NCBI GenBank assembly: GCA_904063045.1 | Contig: CAJFCJ010000017.1 | Coordinates: forward strand, 372,001 to 436,000 | Origin: Dimorphilus gyrociliatus | Lineage: Eukaryota; Animalia; Annelida | DNA length: 64,000 nucleotides | Direction of reading: 5' to 3' | Part shown: positions 48,234 to 60,300 of the stretch, piece by piece | Layout: the number at the start of each line of letters is the position of its first letter | Numbering within the stretch: position 1 is the stretch's first letter | Program-made: the position numbers and the translations under genes | Notes under the pieces: model-generated | The model's input: only the letters and a program-made list of their open reading frames with translations | Databases searched by the model: none | What the model was told of the DNA's origin: nothing

Positions 48234-49653
48234 ATGGAGAACGGCGAGACGAGAATCACATTAAATGTCCGTCCCTTCACGGGATCTGTATTTCAAATAG
48301 ACGCTGATATCTCAGATTCATTCGAAACTCTTAAAAAGACTATAGCTCGTAACGCAAAATTGTCTTCAAATCGTTTTCAATTGGTATATAACGATAGGTT
48401 AGTGTTCTACTTTTCTTATATATGAATACAAAGAACGTAGATTACTACTTTGTATGAGAAATTGAACTCAAGAAGGCCTGATAACAATTTTTTTATTCTA
48501 TTTCCGTTAGAATACTACAATCGGGTAGCGTGGCGGAAAACCGGTTGATAGACGGCTGTAACGTTTCCCTCGTGCCTAACGTTCAAAGTGGCCTGGTTTC
48601 AAATAAGAAAGAGGCGTCTACACAGGTGACACAGGCTCTGGAGAGTCTGTCCGATCAGCAGGTATGAGTTTTATCAACCGATACAGAAAAGTTATTAGCA
48701 GTGGGAGGCAAGTGGTTAAGGAGAATGAACGTGCGGCGCGCTGTGCAAAGGAATTTCACGTCGGCGCCTAGTCGCCTTTAGTTCTTAAGGAACATTGTTG
48801 TTTTGGGCACGTTTTATTTAAAAATCAAAAGGAATCATAAAATTGAAGAATATTATTGTTAATAGTAGATTTTCAGTATAAAAAAACAACTGTTCCGAGT
48901 TTTAAAACCGTGAAATATGCAGCGTGGCTGAAGTGGGTTATAGAGGGTTAATGCCCCCAGCGCCATTTCCACCTCCCTTTCCCCCCCCCTACCTACATCC
49001 CTTTCCAAATTGAAATACTTTTGGCACGTTTCTGTCTTTTTTTACAGATTAATGATTTCCTCGGAGGACGAGTTCCTTTAAACTTGCAATTGAAACTGGC
49101 TGGTCATGTTCTTCTCGTTCAGTTGCAGCTGTCAACTTCCTTATCGAAACGTAAACCTTCCAATGTTCGTACACCCACGGTGACTTTAAATACAGACGGG
49201 AGGACGGTTTGTCGGAAATTAAAAGAATTGTCTAGTCAAGCGTGTCGGAACTGCAGATCGTCGGCCGTTTTAGAGAGCGTCCGGTGCCATGGACGTGGTA
49301 TTTTCTCGGGGACATTCTCCGGCACCATTGCCCCATTGAAACACGCGGACAGCCGTAAGGTCGATACCATATTTCGGATTTTACAAGACGTTCTTTTCTC
49401 ATCATCGACCCTAAGACGTTGCGTCCGACGACACCGACGCCACAGACAAAGGAGTGGGACTGACCGGCAAGAGTCACGACCTAATTCGGCAGCTGAATTA
49501 GAGCGCCGTGCTGTTGAAAATTCCCAGACACGGAGCAAAATGGCTGAGTTACGTAACGCTCTCGAACAACGAAAGCAACGCCGCCGTGCTAGACGCGAAC
49601 GACAAGCGTCACCGTGGAAATCGAATGAAGGTTTCGAGACTGTTGTCGTATGA
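48234..49653 (+). CDS. MIDN: Midnolin (UBL - Catch - C-terminal helix), 306 aa
   Basis: Exons 48234-48397, 48511-48661, 49048-49653. UBL ending VPNVQSGL; VTQALESLSDQQINDFLGGRVPLNLQLKLAGHVLLVQLQL; HGRGIFSGTFSGTI; ENSQTRSKMAELRNALEQRKQRRRARR. Confidence 0.9.
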
Positions 49654-50562
49654 ACACATTGAATTAATGTGAAAAAAAAGAGAACGCTTTATTTACGCTC
49701 AGGGAGACGTATTTATATACTCTTGTTTTAAAATTATCGTCTCTAATACAAAATTTACACGACAATTTATTTTTTGCCGATAAATGCGTACGGCTGTTAT
49801 GACTAATCTGTATTAATCATATCCAATGTTTTGATCCGTGTCGACATCTTTCGGAAGCGATCTATTCCGAAAGTATGCGCCAACGCCATCTATGGACAAG
49901 TTGGGAAAAATTCCTAACCATACTTCAAAACAGGTTAATCGCCGTTGCCCGCAAACTGTTTCGATTTTATCGTCGTATATGCTCGAGTTAAAATAATATT
50001 AATTGTTGAAAGATTTCACGCCTGTAGCGTCTTGTAGGTAGCTCTGGAGGTATTGTGACGTTGAAATATTGTATAAAAACCGACTCTTGGCAATTTGCGC
50101 TAGTTAAACATTTGCCGCCGGTGCGTTTTATCGACGATCTAGTAGTTTGGCTTGGAAAGAGGAAAAGCGAATAGCTGAAGGAAAAGTTATAAAAAATTTC
50201 AAGGAGTATATAAAGTAAGTAATAAAAACCTCTAGTAGGAACAGTAAGAGAGAGAGAAAGACAAAGGCAAGCAAGCAAGCAGAGAGACAAGGAGTAATAT
50301 CAAAAGAAAATAAAGAAATACATATAAAACTACATAACTTGGAAAGCTAAGAGAAATATGTCTGGCGATATTTAATCAAGGGGATCTTATTATAGGAAGG
50401 AGAATGAGAGCTTTTATATAGAGAATATCAATATGAACACATGACAGCTAATTCGAAATCGGACTCATTTCGATCGGTGCGCAGTCTTTATTTTGCAGTA
50501 GCGGCACTCGACCCCGCAGGCTTTTTGACGATCGATACGGAGACTATGCGACTCGCCTTGCA

Positions 50563-52392
50563 ATGACGAAGGGTGTTGAAAAAGCTACAAAGTTCATCAT
50601 ACTTCACTATTCACCATTCAAAGCCGTATGGGATTGGATTGTTCTACTATTAGTCGTTTATACGGCAGTGTTTACTCCTTATTTTGCCGCCTTCCTTCTA
50701 AATGAAGACGAGACTCGAATGAAACTTAATTCGGATTCTATAACTCGTAAAATCAATGCCGCCACGAAACAAGCCGATCCCCTAGTTATAATCGATTTGA
50801 TTGTCGATGTTATCTTTATCTCAGATATATTTATTAACTTCCGAACTACATTTGTTAGGGATGGTGAAGTTATATCGAATGCAAGAAAAATTGCTCTTAA
50901 CTACGCCAAGGGTTGGTTTATTATTGATGCAGCAGCGGCTATACCTTTCGATCTTTTACTGTTTGGCAGTGGAACCTCGGATACGATGACCATAACAGGC
51001 ATATTGAAAACAGTCAGACTAATCCGATTGCTGCGTGTCGTTAGGAAGATTGATCAGTATTTAGAATATGGAGCCGCGATGTTATTTCTTTTAATGGCTA
51101 CTTTTACCCTTATAGCACATTGGTTAGCTTGTATCTTTTACGCAATTGCTTTTTTTGAACAACCAACTTTGAATGCACCGATAGGCTGGCTTGATAGATT
51201 GCCAAACGTTTCATCTATTTCCAGTTCGTCAGACATCCGAACACGATATATAACGGCACTGTATTTTACTTTTACAAGTCTAACTTCTGTTGGCTTTGGT
51301 AATGTCGCTCCTAATACAAATGCAGAAAAGATATTCTCGGTGTTTGCCATGCTCTTGGGCTCGTTAATGAGTGCCGCTATCTTTGGTAATGTTTCTAGTA
51401 TTATGCTACGTCTATATCAAGGAACGGAGGAGTATCGTGAAATGAGGACATGCATTAAGGAATTTATCCATTTTCATCACATACCTAAAAAATTAGCAAA
51501 AAGGCTAATGGACGCTTATCAACACACTTGGACTTATACTAATGGTGTCGATATGAATAGCGTGCTAAAGAACTTCCCTGATTGTCTACAAGCCGATATT
51601 TGTTTGCATCTGAATCGAAACTTATTGAATAATTGTTCCGCGTTTGCCGACGCCTCGCCAGGATGTTTACGCGCTCTCTCGCTAAAGTTTAAATCAAGTC
51701 ATGCGCCAGCCGGCGATACTCTTATACATCCAGGTGATATTCTAGAGTCTATCTATTTCATTGCAAGGGGCTCCATAGAGATTCTTAAAGATCAGCAGGT
51801 AGTCGTTATCCTTGGAAAAGACGACATGTTTGGGGAAAACTTGACTGAAGAGATTACAATATCAAAATCGAACTTTTGCGTTAGAGCGTTAACGTACTGT
51901 GATCTCCATAAAATACGTCTGCAAGATTTAAGAGAAATTCTAAGGGTTTATCCAGAATTCGAAGGGAATTTCTTGAAAGACTTCCGCGTTACCTTTGATT
52001 TAACTCAGAACACTCCAGAGATTGAAGAGAAGAGATTTAAACCTATAGACGGAATAGTCGATAGAAAATCGGATACTGACGTTGATGCTACTCAACAAGT
52101 GGAAGACGACGAAGGAAACTGCAAAAAAGATAAAAGAAAACAGTCGGACGGACAAGAAACAGAAGCCGAAAGGGATAGTGAGGATGAAGAGGAATTAAAA
52201 GAAGATGAAGAAGGAAATAGAGAGAATTCTATACCAAAACCGTTATTGGCAATAGATGATCGCCTTAATTCACTTTCAGTTAGGATGAAGAGTTTGGAGC
52301 AGAATTTATTCTATACAGTTGACAACATTCTATATTTATTGGGAGAAGAACCCAGAATATCTTCCGACTATTCCATTGAGAGACAACAGTGA
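50563..52392 (+). CDS. erg: Erg (KCNH2-class) voltage-gated K+ channel lacking the PAS domain, intronless
   Basis: [13 protein letters not shown]; [11 protein letters not shown]; [12 protein letters not shown]; S4 [17 protein letters not shown]; filter [10 protein letters not shown]; C-linker ADICLHLNR; [18 protein letters not shown] short upstream in-frame extension after the acceptor at 50497-50498 is possible. Confidence 0.95.
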   Translation: MTKGVEKATKFIILHYSPFKAVWDWIVLLLVVYTAVFTPYFAAFLLNEDETRMKLNSDSITRKINAATKQADPLVIIDLIVDVIFISDIFINFRTTFVRDGEVISNARKIALNYAKGWFIIDAAAAIPFDLLLFGSGTSDTMTITGILKTVRLIRLLRVVRKIDQYLEYGAAMLFLLMATFTLIAHWLACIFYAIAFFEQPTLNAPIGWLDRLPNVSSISSSSDIRTRYITALYFTFTSLTSVGFGNVAPNTNAEKIFSVFAMLLGSLMSAAIFGNVSSIMLRLYQGTEEYREMRTCIKEFIHFHHIPKKLAKRLMDAYQHTWTYTNGVDMNSVLKNFPDCLQADICLHLNRNLLNNCSAFADASPGCLRALSLKFKSSHAPAGDTLIHPGDILESIYFIARGSIEILKDQQVVVILGKDDMFGENLTEEITISKSNFCVRALTYCDLHKIRLQDLREILRVYPEFEGNFLKDFRVTFDLTQNTPEIEEKRFKPIDGIVDRKSDTDVDATQQVEDDEGNCKKDKRKQSDGQETEAERDSEDEEELKEDEEGNRENSIPKPLLAIDDRLNSLSVRMKSLEQNLFYTVDNILYLLGEEPRISSDYSIERQQ

Positions 52393-52724
52393 AAAAAAAA
52401 GTTTTCTGATCTTCTAACCCTATAAAATTTCTCCTTTGTGCAATAGACAAGAATTTATAATTAAATTCTGTAAATATATAAACTTCGTTCTTAGAATTAG
52501 AATAGAAAGTAATAGTATTTATTTCCTGCATTTCCTTTATGAATATTCGAAAAGAACGACGGAAGAGGAGGAATAATTTGTTATCTTTTCGTATCTTTTA
52601 CTTATATTGTCATTTTTTCTTTTAATCACGTGTTAACTAGTTATCACGTGATATTACAATAAAGTTAAGAAATGTTTTCGTATTTGTGACTCAGTCAACG
52701 ACTTCCAACACTAAACATTGAAAT

Positions 52725-54581
52725 ATGAGTAAAGGAGTAGTGACATGTTTGATAATTGGAGCTGGCCAGAGGGGATACGCTTATTCAGATTTCGCTCGTT
52801 TACATCCCGACAAATTGAAAATAGTTGGTATAGCAGACAAAAATGAACTCAGAAGGAATAGAGTTAAAGATGAGGCTAATATTTCGCAACAGTACACATT
52901 TACTGGTAATTGAGTTTATTCCTTTCTTTATGCAGTCCTGTTGGAATTAATTAGGCATATATTGTTTGTTTTTACACATTCATTTTCCCTCTTTATCTGT
53001 TAGATTGGAAAGATGCCGCAAAACTGGATAGGTTTGCTGATTGCGCAGTAATATCAACACAGGATAGAGAACATAAGGTTCAAGCAAACAGAAATTCATA
53101 TATTAGTATATATGTACAGTATATATACTTTAAACGGTTTGTTTCTTTACATAGGAACCAGCGATTGCTTTTGCCAGTAAGGGATATCATATATTATTGG
53201 AGAAACCGATGGCTGTATGCAAAATATGCGCGATTTTGATTAATAAAGCTCTGTCGTTTCTTTTTGTCTTATCCTATAGGTTACAGAGGCAGACTGCAAA
53301 GAGATAGTAAAAACTTGTAAAGAAAATAACATAAATTTAACCGTTTGTCACGTTATGCGCTATACACCGGAAGCTAGAAAGATCAAAGAACTAATATCAA
53401 ATGGAAGCATTGGTGAAGTAGTCAACATTCAGCTTATCGAACCTGTTGGCTCCTTTCATTTTAGTCATTCGTATGTTAGAGGAAATTGGAGAAGAGAAGA
53501 ATTGAGTTCTTGTTCCCTACTTGCAAAATCATGCCATGATATTGATTTAATAGTAGATTGGATGGAGGGAACGAAGTGCAAGGCCGTCTCGTCTTTTGGC
53601 TCCTTGAAGCATTTCCGAAAAGAGAATAAGGTAAAGTCTGTTTTATGTATAATAGTGCCTTTTTATCTTATTAAATAATTCCCCAGCCGGAAGGGGCGTC
53701 AGATAGATGCCTTAGTTGCCACTTGAAAAACAGCTGTCCCTATTCAGCAGTAGCCTATCTCGACGAAGTTAAATCATTCAATACGGGTTGGCCCGTCAGT
53801 GTTCTATCCGACAATCCCGACATTGAGAATATTACGGAAGCGTTGAAAACTGGTCCGTACGGTAGATGCGTCTACAGTTGCGATAACGACGTCGTCGATA
53901 ATCAAGTAGTTAATATGGAATTTGAGAATGGTTCTACAGCTTCCTTTACAATGGTAGCCTTTACTAAGAAAACTTGCGTAAGAGAAGTAAAGATTTTTGG
54001 AACAAAGGGAGAAATTCGTTGCGAATTCGATGAGAATTTAGTTAAACAAGCGGATTTTGTTTCAGGTCAAACATGTGAGAGCTTTATATTTTTCTTTTCT
54101 TTTTTTTTTCAATATTGATTAGCTTCATTGATTTAACAAAAAGGAAAAAAGTAACAACATTAGCAAAATGAATATTCCTGTTTATCCTTTTAATTTCTAT
54201 TTATATATTTATCCATTCTTATTCTATTACAGATTATATTTCCAGTTTTTATTTTTTTGCAGATTTCCACACATTTAAGAGGAATGGAGGAAATTATGGT
54301 AGATTATCTGGACACGGTGGTGCTGATTATCACACTATGAAGGCGTTTGTTGACGCAGTTGCGGTACGTTATTACATTTCCTTTTTCCCTTCAAAACTCT
54401 AACGATTTTAGTTTCTTTCTCATTTTTTTTATCTAACCCTACTGTTTTTTTTATTTTGCAGGAGAGAGACGAATCGAAAAATTTATCTGGGCCAGATCAA
54501 ACTTTACAGAGTCATTTACTGGTGTTTGCAGCTGAAAAGTCACGCTTGACGAAGACTACTGTGTATCCGCAATTAAATTGA
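52725..54581 (+). CDS. Gfo/Idh/MocA-family oxidoreductase (YteT-like)
   Basis: IIGAGQRGYAY; ISTQDREH; HILLEKPM; VCHVMRY; HSYVRGNW; LLAKSCHDIDL; GPYGRCVY.CDNDVVDNQVV; GHGGADY; SHLLVFAAE. About eight exons. Confidence 0.93.
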
Positions 54582-56620
54582 GTGCATGAACTTTTCCCTT
54601 CTGTCCCTATAGCATGTTTTCTTTGCTACGCTACCGTTCTCTGCTTTCAAACGTTCTACATACAAAAATAAATTAGAAATAGTAAAGGTCTAGCGTTCAA
54701 GTTATCAGAATCCATTAGGAAACCAAAATAGAATGTTTACGTAAGCGAAATTGCTCGAACCAACGATAAACGTTCATTTTATTAACGAATATAAACTTAT
54801 ACAAACAAATTTATTGAGTTTATAGCAAGAGTTTTCCAACGGCGTTTCTTTTTCAACGTTATATTGATTCGAATAAGGAGAGGAGTATTTTAAAACGTAA
54901 AAAAGGTTGGTCTATTTGTCTGTCTAGGGAAGATAATATTGCTGATGACAGTCCTAATCTTATTTACAATATACACCTTAAACATATAACCACTTTAGCA
55001 TGTATCATAATATATATATTCAGCATATATAGACAGTATATACTACATACGAGTGTGTGAAGTGAGTATATGTTAATAACGGCACGGATGTCCACTTCAG
55101 ATGTGTGTACTTAACGTGTATATTTATGATAGATTGAGCTTGTCACTCGATAGTTATTTTCCGCGAGAATCTCAAATAGACACTTACAGAAAGCGTCTCT
55201 AATAGAAAGAACATTTCTACAAGGTCCTTATCAAATTGGCCCTGGTTTAAAAGGGAAAGTAAAAGCTCGATAAGAATGTGATCGATCGTTGATAAAAATT
55301 AAATTAAAAGGGAAAATAGAAAAGAGGGAATAAGGAAACTATAGACTATAAAACCAAATGAGGGCATGGTTAATTTGACAAAAATCTTACTATCTTTTGT
55401 TATTTTTCGACTAATACTACTTTAAAGCTTAAAAGAAAATCTTTACGAAAGGGAAAAAAGCTGATATAAAAACGTATCATGACCTTTCCACCTCACCCCT
55501 TTCCGCCCTCTTTAGAAGTAGAAAGATCAAAGAGTAATCACGAACCAATACAGTATTGACCAATTGGCGACTGTTCGAAACCAATCGAAGTCCATTCATG
55601 AGCAAGTTTGAATAAAAGGGTTAAAAATTCTAAAGTGTCAAAGAGTAGAAGGCTTAAGTAAAGAGAGAGAGAGAGAGAGAGGAGAGAAGGGAGGGGAAAG
55701 ATTCTAAATGTTTAGAATGGATTTAACAGATTTTTCCCTGTCTTGACAAATATTGTCACGATATAAAGACGAATGTCAATTGGATATAGGGTGTCAAATG
55801 TGTTAACGCAGTCATACGGTCCCTTTGAAGCAGCGATTTTTAACAGCGGAAAGTGATAGCTCCGCTGTAACCATAGAACTAGGAGACGGTTGGATATCTC
55901 CCAATAACAGCTGGAGAGACACCCCATACCGTTTACTCATAAATCAAAAAAAGGGAAAAGATCAGTTTTCCAAACGAAAATCAAGATAATAGTTTTTATT
56001 ATGGTATTTTAAATCGGTTTACGAAAAGTTAAACCATATAGTCTGGTCAATCAACCTTTAAGGCTGCCGCCTTCGTTTTTTACTGATTATCAGCATTTCA
56101 TTTTGGAAAATAATGACGATTATGTTCGATAAACAGGTCGTTAATTTATATTCAGAGGAGAGCCTAAGGGCAGCAGTTCGATTGGCTGAAAAAAATCGTT
56201 TTGACACGTTCAAATTGAAAGAACAATAAGATAAATCATAAGAAAGAAAGAAAAACAGTTTGTTGATTTATACAGAACTGACGCTTTATTGGTCTGGATA
56301 ATTATTATTTCTTTCGGGTTAAATACAGCGAGAAAAGCCTTGTCTCTTCTGTATAATTATTAGTTTTCGTCTTGTTTGTCTTATTTTAGAAGAGCCTTAA
56401 GTAATATCATTGCATGCAAACGTCATATCTTTTATCTCTCTCTCTCTCTCTCTCTCTGTTGTTTTCCCTGTTTTTGTCTCTTTGTTTTTAGTCTTTTGTT
56501 CCCTTTCTTTTTTATTTTTTTTTAGTTTACCGTAGAGAATTCTGTTTAGTTAATTCATTGTTTTTAAAGTACATTTATAGCTGTTTGTCTTCTTACACAG
56601 AAATCCTTCTTTTGTTGAAT

Positions 56621-57393
56621 TCACGTGTCTAGCTGTAATAAAAAGCAGTCTATTGTATGTGTGACGTATTCTTGGCTTTCTAAACGAACGACTTTCGATT
56701 GTAATTTCCACTTTTTAAGTAAATACTTCAAGTAATCGGAAGAACTGGAATTGTAATAAAGTAATTACAAAACTGTAATACGTTATTTGTACTATACAAT
56801 GGGAGAAAAGTAGAAATTCCTTACCATCTACGTTGTTGGGAGCACCAGCATTCTGCTTTTGGATAAGAATTTAATAAAAGAGCTATAGTAAATAAAACGT
56901 CATCGAAATCTTCCTTTTCATAAAAGCAGTCTGACGCCAAAATTACATCGATCGTTCTTAAAACCGTCGTTAATTCCCTAGCCACTCTTCCCCAATTTAT
57001 ATCCAGGCAAATTGTGTTAAATCCAACTCCGTTTTTCTCTATACTCTTCGAACGGGACGAATTATTTGACGAGGACTTATCAGCTAAATAGACTAGTTTT
57101 GCCCCAATTTTCGCGCAAAGGATACCTGGTAAGCCTGTTCCAGCTCCTATCTATTACAACTTAAAAACATAGTCAGTATACTAAGATACTTTAAACTTAA
57201 CATTTACCTCCAACACTGTTTTATTACGAATAAAATCTCTTCTTTGCCAGATGTAGTTAGCTAGTACCGGCGCCGACGGCCAGACATAGTTTTCATAAGA
57301 ACCATCCATTTCCTCAAATATTTCAACGGAAGCTTTTACATCATTTTCATTACTTTCTTTATCGTTAAAGGAGAATATTTTTGCATTTTCCAT
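56621..57393 (-). CDS. METTL23: Methyltransferase-like protein 23 (family 16 lysine/arginine MTase)
   Basis: Exons 57393-57208, 57150-56825, 56744-56621. YENYVWPSAPVLA; VLE-IGAGTGLPGI; INWG; DVILASDCFYE..DFDDVL; LLKKWKL; HTIDCFLLQLDT*. Confidence 0.9.
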
Positions 57394-60300
57394 GCTAATT
57401 TCCGAGATTATTTACTATATTATTCAAAACCAATTAAAAGAACTCTACGAAATTTTGCAATACATATTTGATAGCGCCATCTACATTAAGCGATTATAGG
57501 CCTGGAAAAGGAACAAAAGTACCCTTCTCATACATCTTTTTATCGAATATTATAATAAGTGTTGTGCAGTGTATACCAATCAAGGACTATTTAAAAAAAA
57601 AAACAGAGAGAGAGAGAGATAGAGAGAGAGAAAGAAAACGCTAATTTACGGGTCAGAGCTAATAAATCAAATGGTGATGCTTTGCTGGCTTTATCGAGGA
57701 TATTTAAAAATTAATGGACATTTAATTGTTATGAAATATCGGTGGGAAATTTTGATAAAAAATGGATTATATAGAATTTTAACATGAATTCCACAAAGTG
57801 CTGTATAATAACAGAGAGAAATTCTTGACATTTTTCAAAACGGGTTTCCCCTTCTCCTCATCTTTGTATTCTTTATCTCAAACTGATTTATGATTGTAAA
57901 GCGTTCTAAATGTATAAAAACAAGAACAAAAAAAGCAAAAACATTTCTACCTATAGGTGGCGTCATGTAATTTATTTAAATAGGATTTAGTGAATTATTC
58001 AGGCAAGATAAATAAGCAAACTGAAAAAATTTACCTAATGTATTGAAAAAGAAGTAGAAGGGTGAAAGATAGTAGAATAAAGGTTAAAGGGGGCGGAGGG
58101 GATAGATGGAGGAATATGAAAGGAAAAGGGGAGGCAAGATGGGAGGAGGAGAAGAGAAACTGATTTAAATTTAATTCGATGCATAATATCATATTTTATG
58201 TTTAGTAACCATAGTAACAAAATCCTGAAGAAGAAGAAGAAGACGAGGTAAACAAAAGTGTTATTAGCATATTTTGCGAAATATCTTAGTATGGTATAGC
58301 TTCAAATTACCCATAAATCTTATCGTCTCATTAGCCTTTAATTTAAAGTATAGTAGAGCTGTTTATGCTATACCAATTTTTCTCCTTTCTTTTCTACACA
58401 ATATCCTATTAGCATTTTATCTAAATACTTAACAAAAGGGAAAAGGTTAATAGCTCCTGAACTCTTGAAATGACATACACCATAGAAGGAGAGAGAGAGA
58501 GCGAATTTTGTGAATAGTTCATAACACTCATAAGTTTTTTTTAATAATTCCCAAGTAAATTCTAATTTAACCCATTTCGGATATAAAGCTCTTTTTGTCA
58601 CAGGAAACTAACTTCTTGGACAAATACCGACTATTTTGTCAGAATAAACTCTACTTTTTAGCTTATAACGGAGAGAGAGAGAGAGAGAGAGCAAGAGACT
58701 ATTCGAAATATTGTAAAGATTAGAACGTTATGCTGGGATAATTTCTTCGATTTTCTTACTTAATGAAGTTTTCTCATGTTCCCTTTATAATCCTTTGGGG
58801 AGGAAGCATATAAATATTTAGGTCTTAGTTACAATTCTAACCACTACTAAGCCACACCAGGCTCTTAAATAATCCGTGACTTGTAATAAATTGGTATATT
58901 GACCTTTTCTTTATCACTAGCATTAAGAAATTATTGATTAAACGGTTTGGGTATGTTTTTACCTATAGAACGTCTGTCATATAATTAAGATTTGTCTATA
59001 CTCAATTACTATTTGTTTCACTGATTAGTGTCGAATGTACGCATACACTTTCAAAGGAGGACGCTTATCCTACAACTGAACGTTGATAAGCATTTTTTTT
59101 AGTTAAAAGAACTAAATGATCCTTGAAAAGATAGACTCGAATTTTATCTTTTTTCTTTTATATCAGCTTAAGGATTGTTGGTAACGTAATACGATTTGTC
59201 TCTTACTTGGATAAACATTTTCACAAGTTCTATTTTCAAGTATAGTAGGTAGATGGCGTTACGAATCTAACTATGCTGCCACCTATTTGACATAAATGTA
59301 AATGTTCTCTTTCCAAACTTATTTACGCTTGGTTTCCTGGGGCATAAATAATTAAAAGTAAGGAAAGAAAGAAAGAAAGAAGGAGAGAAAGAAAGAGAAA
59401 GATAGATAGATAGATAAGTAGAGACTTGTACATTTATGGAATACATGGAATATGGATAAAACAATTATTATTTAATAATTGTTTGCGTCCAACGTGAAGA
59501 AATAATAAAGAAAAAGGAGAGAACCGAGAAGAAGACGACAAAAAAGAGAATTTATACAACAACAATAAGAAATAGAGTGGAAGATGGACAAGATAATTGC
59601 AGGTAAAAATATTTTAGAGGTCTTAATTTTCCGCTTTATTTCACCGAATCTCCTCATCAAGCGTTATTCTTTCTCGTTTATACTACTAGGTTAATGATTT
59701 ATATTAGAAATGAATGAAAAACGTTGTTCTTTTGTTAATAGGGAAAATGTTTAATAAAGGGAAAAAAACTCAAATTGAATAAGGCTATTAGTTATAACCC
59801 TATCATTAGAAGAGAAGGAAAGAATGAGAGGCAATTCCTTTTAACAGTTCAATTCTTCGTTTGTACAATTCAATTTAATTAGCCATATACAGTAGAGTAC
59901 ATAATAGTTACCGGCGTATGCCCTATATAAAAATGCCGTATATATATATATATATATACAGTCTATATATTTACAACTCTTCCTGTTTTTTTTTAAGTAA
60001 GTAGCCATTTTTAATAATTACTAATCTCATACGTCTATGAAACGATAAGAGAATAGTATAACATAGAAATAGTGAGATAACTAAGCATACGTATTGTATT
60101 TTGTAAATATATTGTTTAATGAGGTATAACTAATGGATAAGTACATTTTAAAAGTGTTACAAGGAAACAAAATAGTACGCTTTTGCTTGTATATATCAAT
60201 TATGCATTGAATATTCACGCCTTCCTTTAAAGCGGACGAAGAAGCAATTATGGATCGTAAAAAACATAATATACAAATAAATGAAGTGGAAGTGACAAGC

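Noticed and set aside
49232-49538. Two minus-strand ORFs (81 and 100 aa) opposite midnolin exon 3
   Set aside because: GC-rich antisense shadows of a real exon.
56630-56790. Cluster of GTAAT words resembling a homeodomain-site array
   Set aside because: It falls within METTL23 exon 3 and the adjacent AT-rich intron, which explains the composition.
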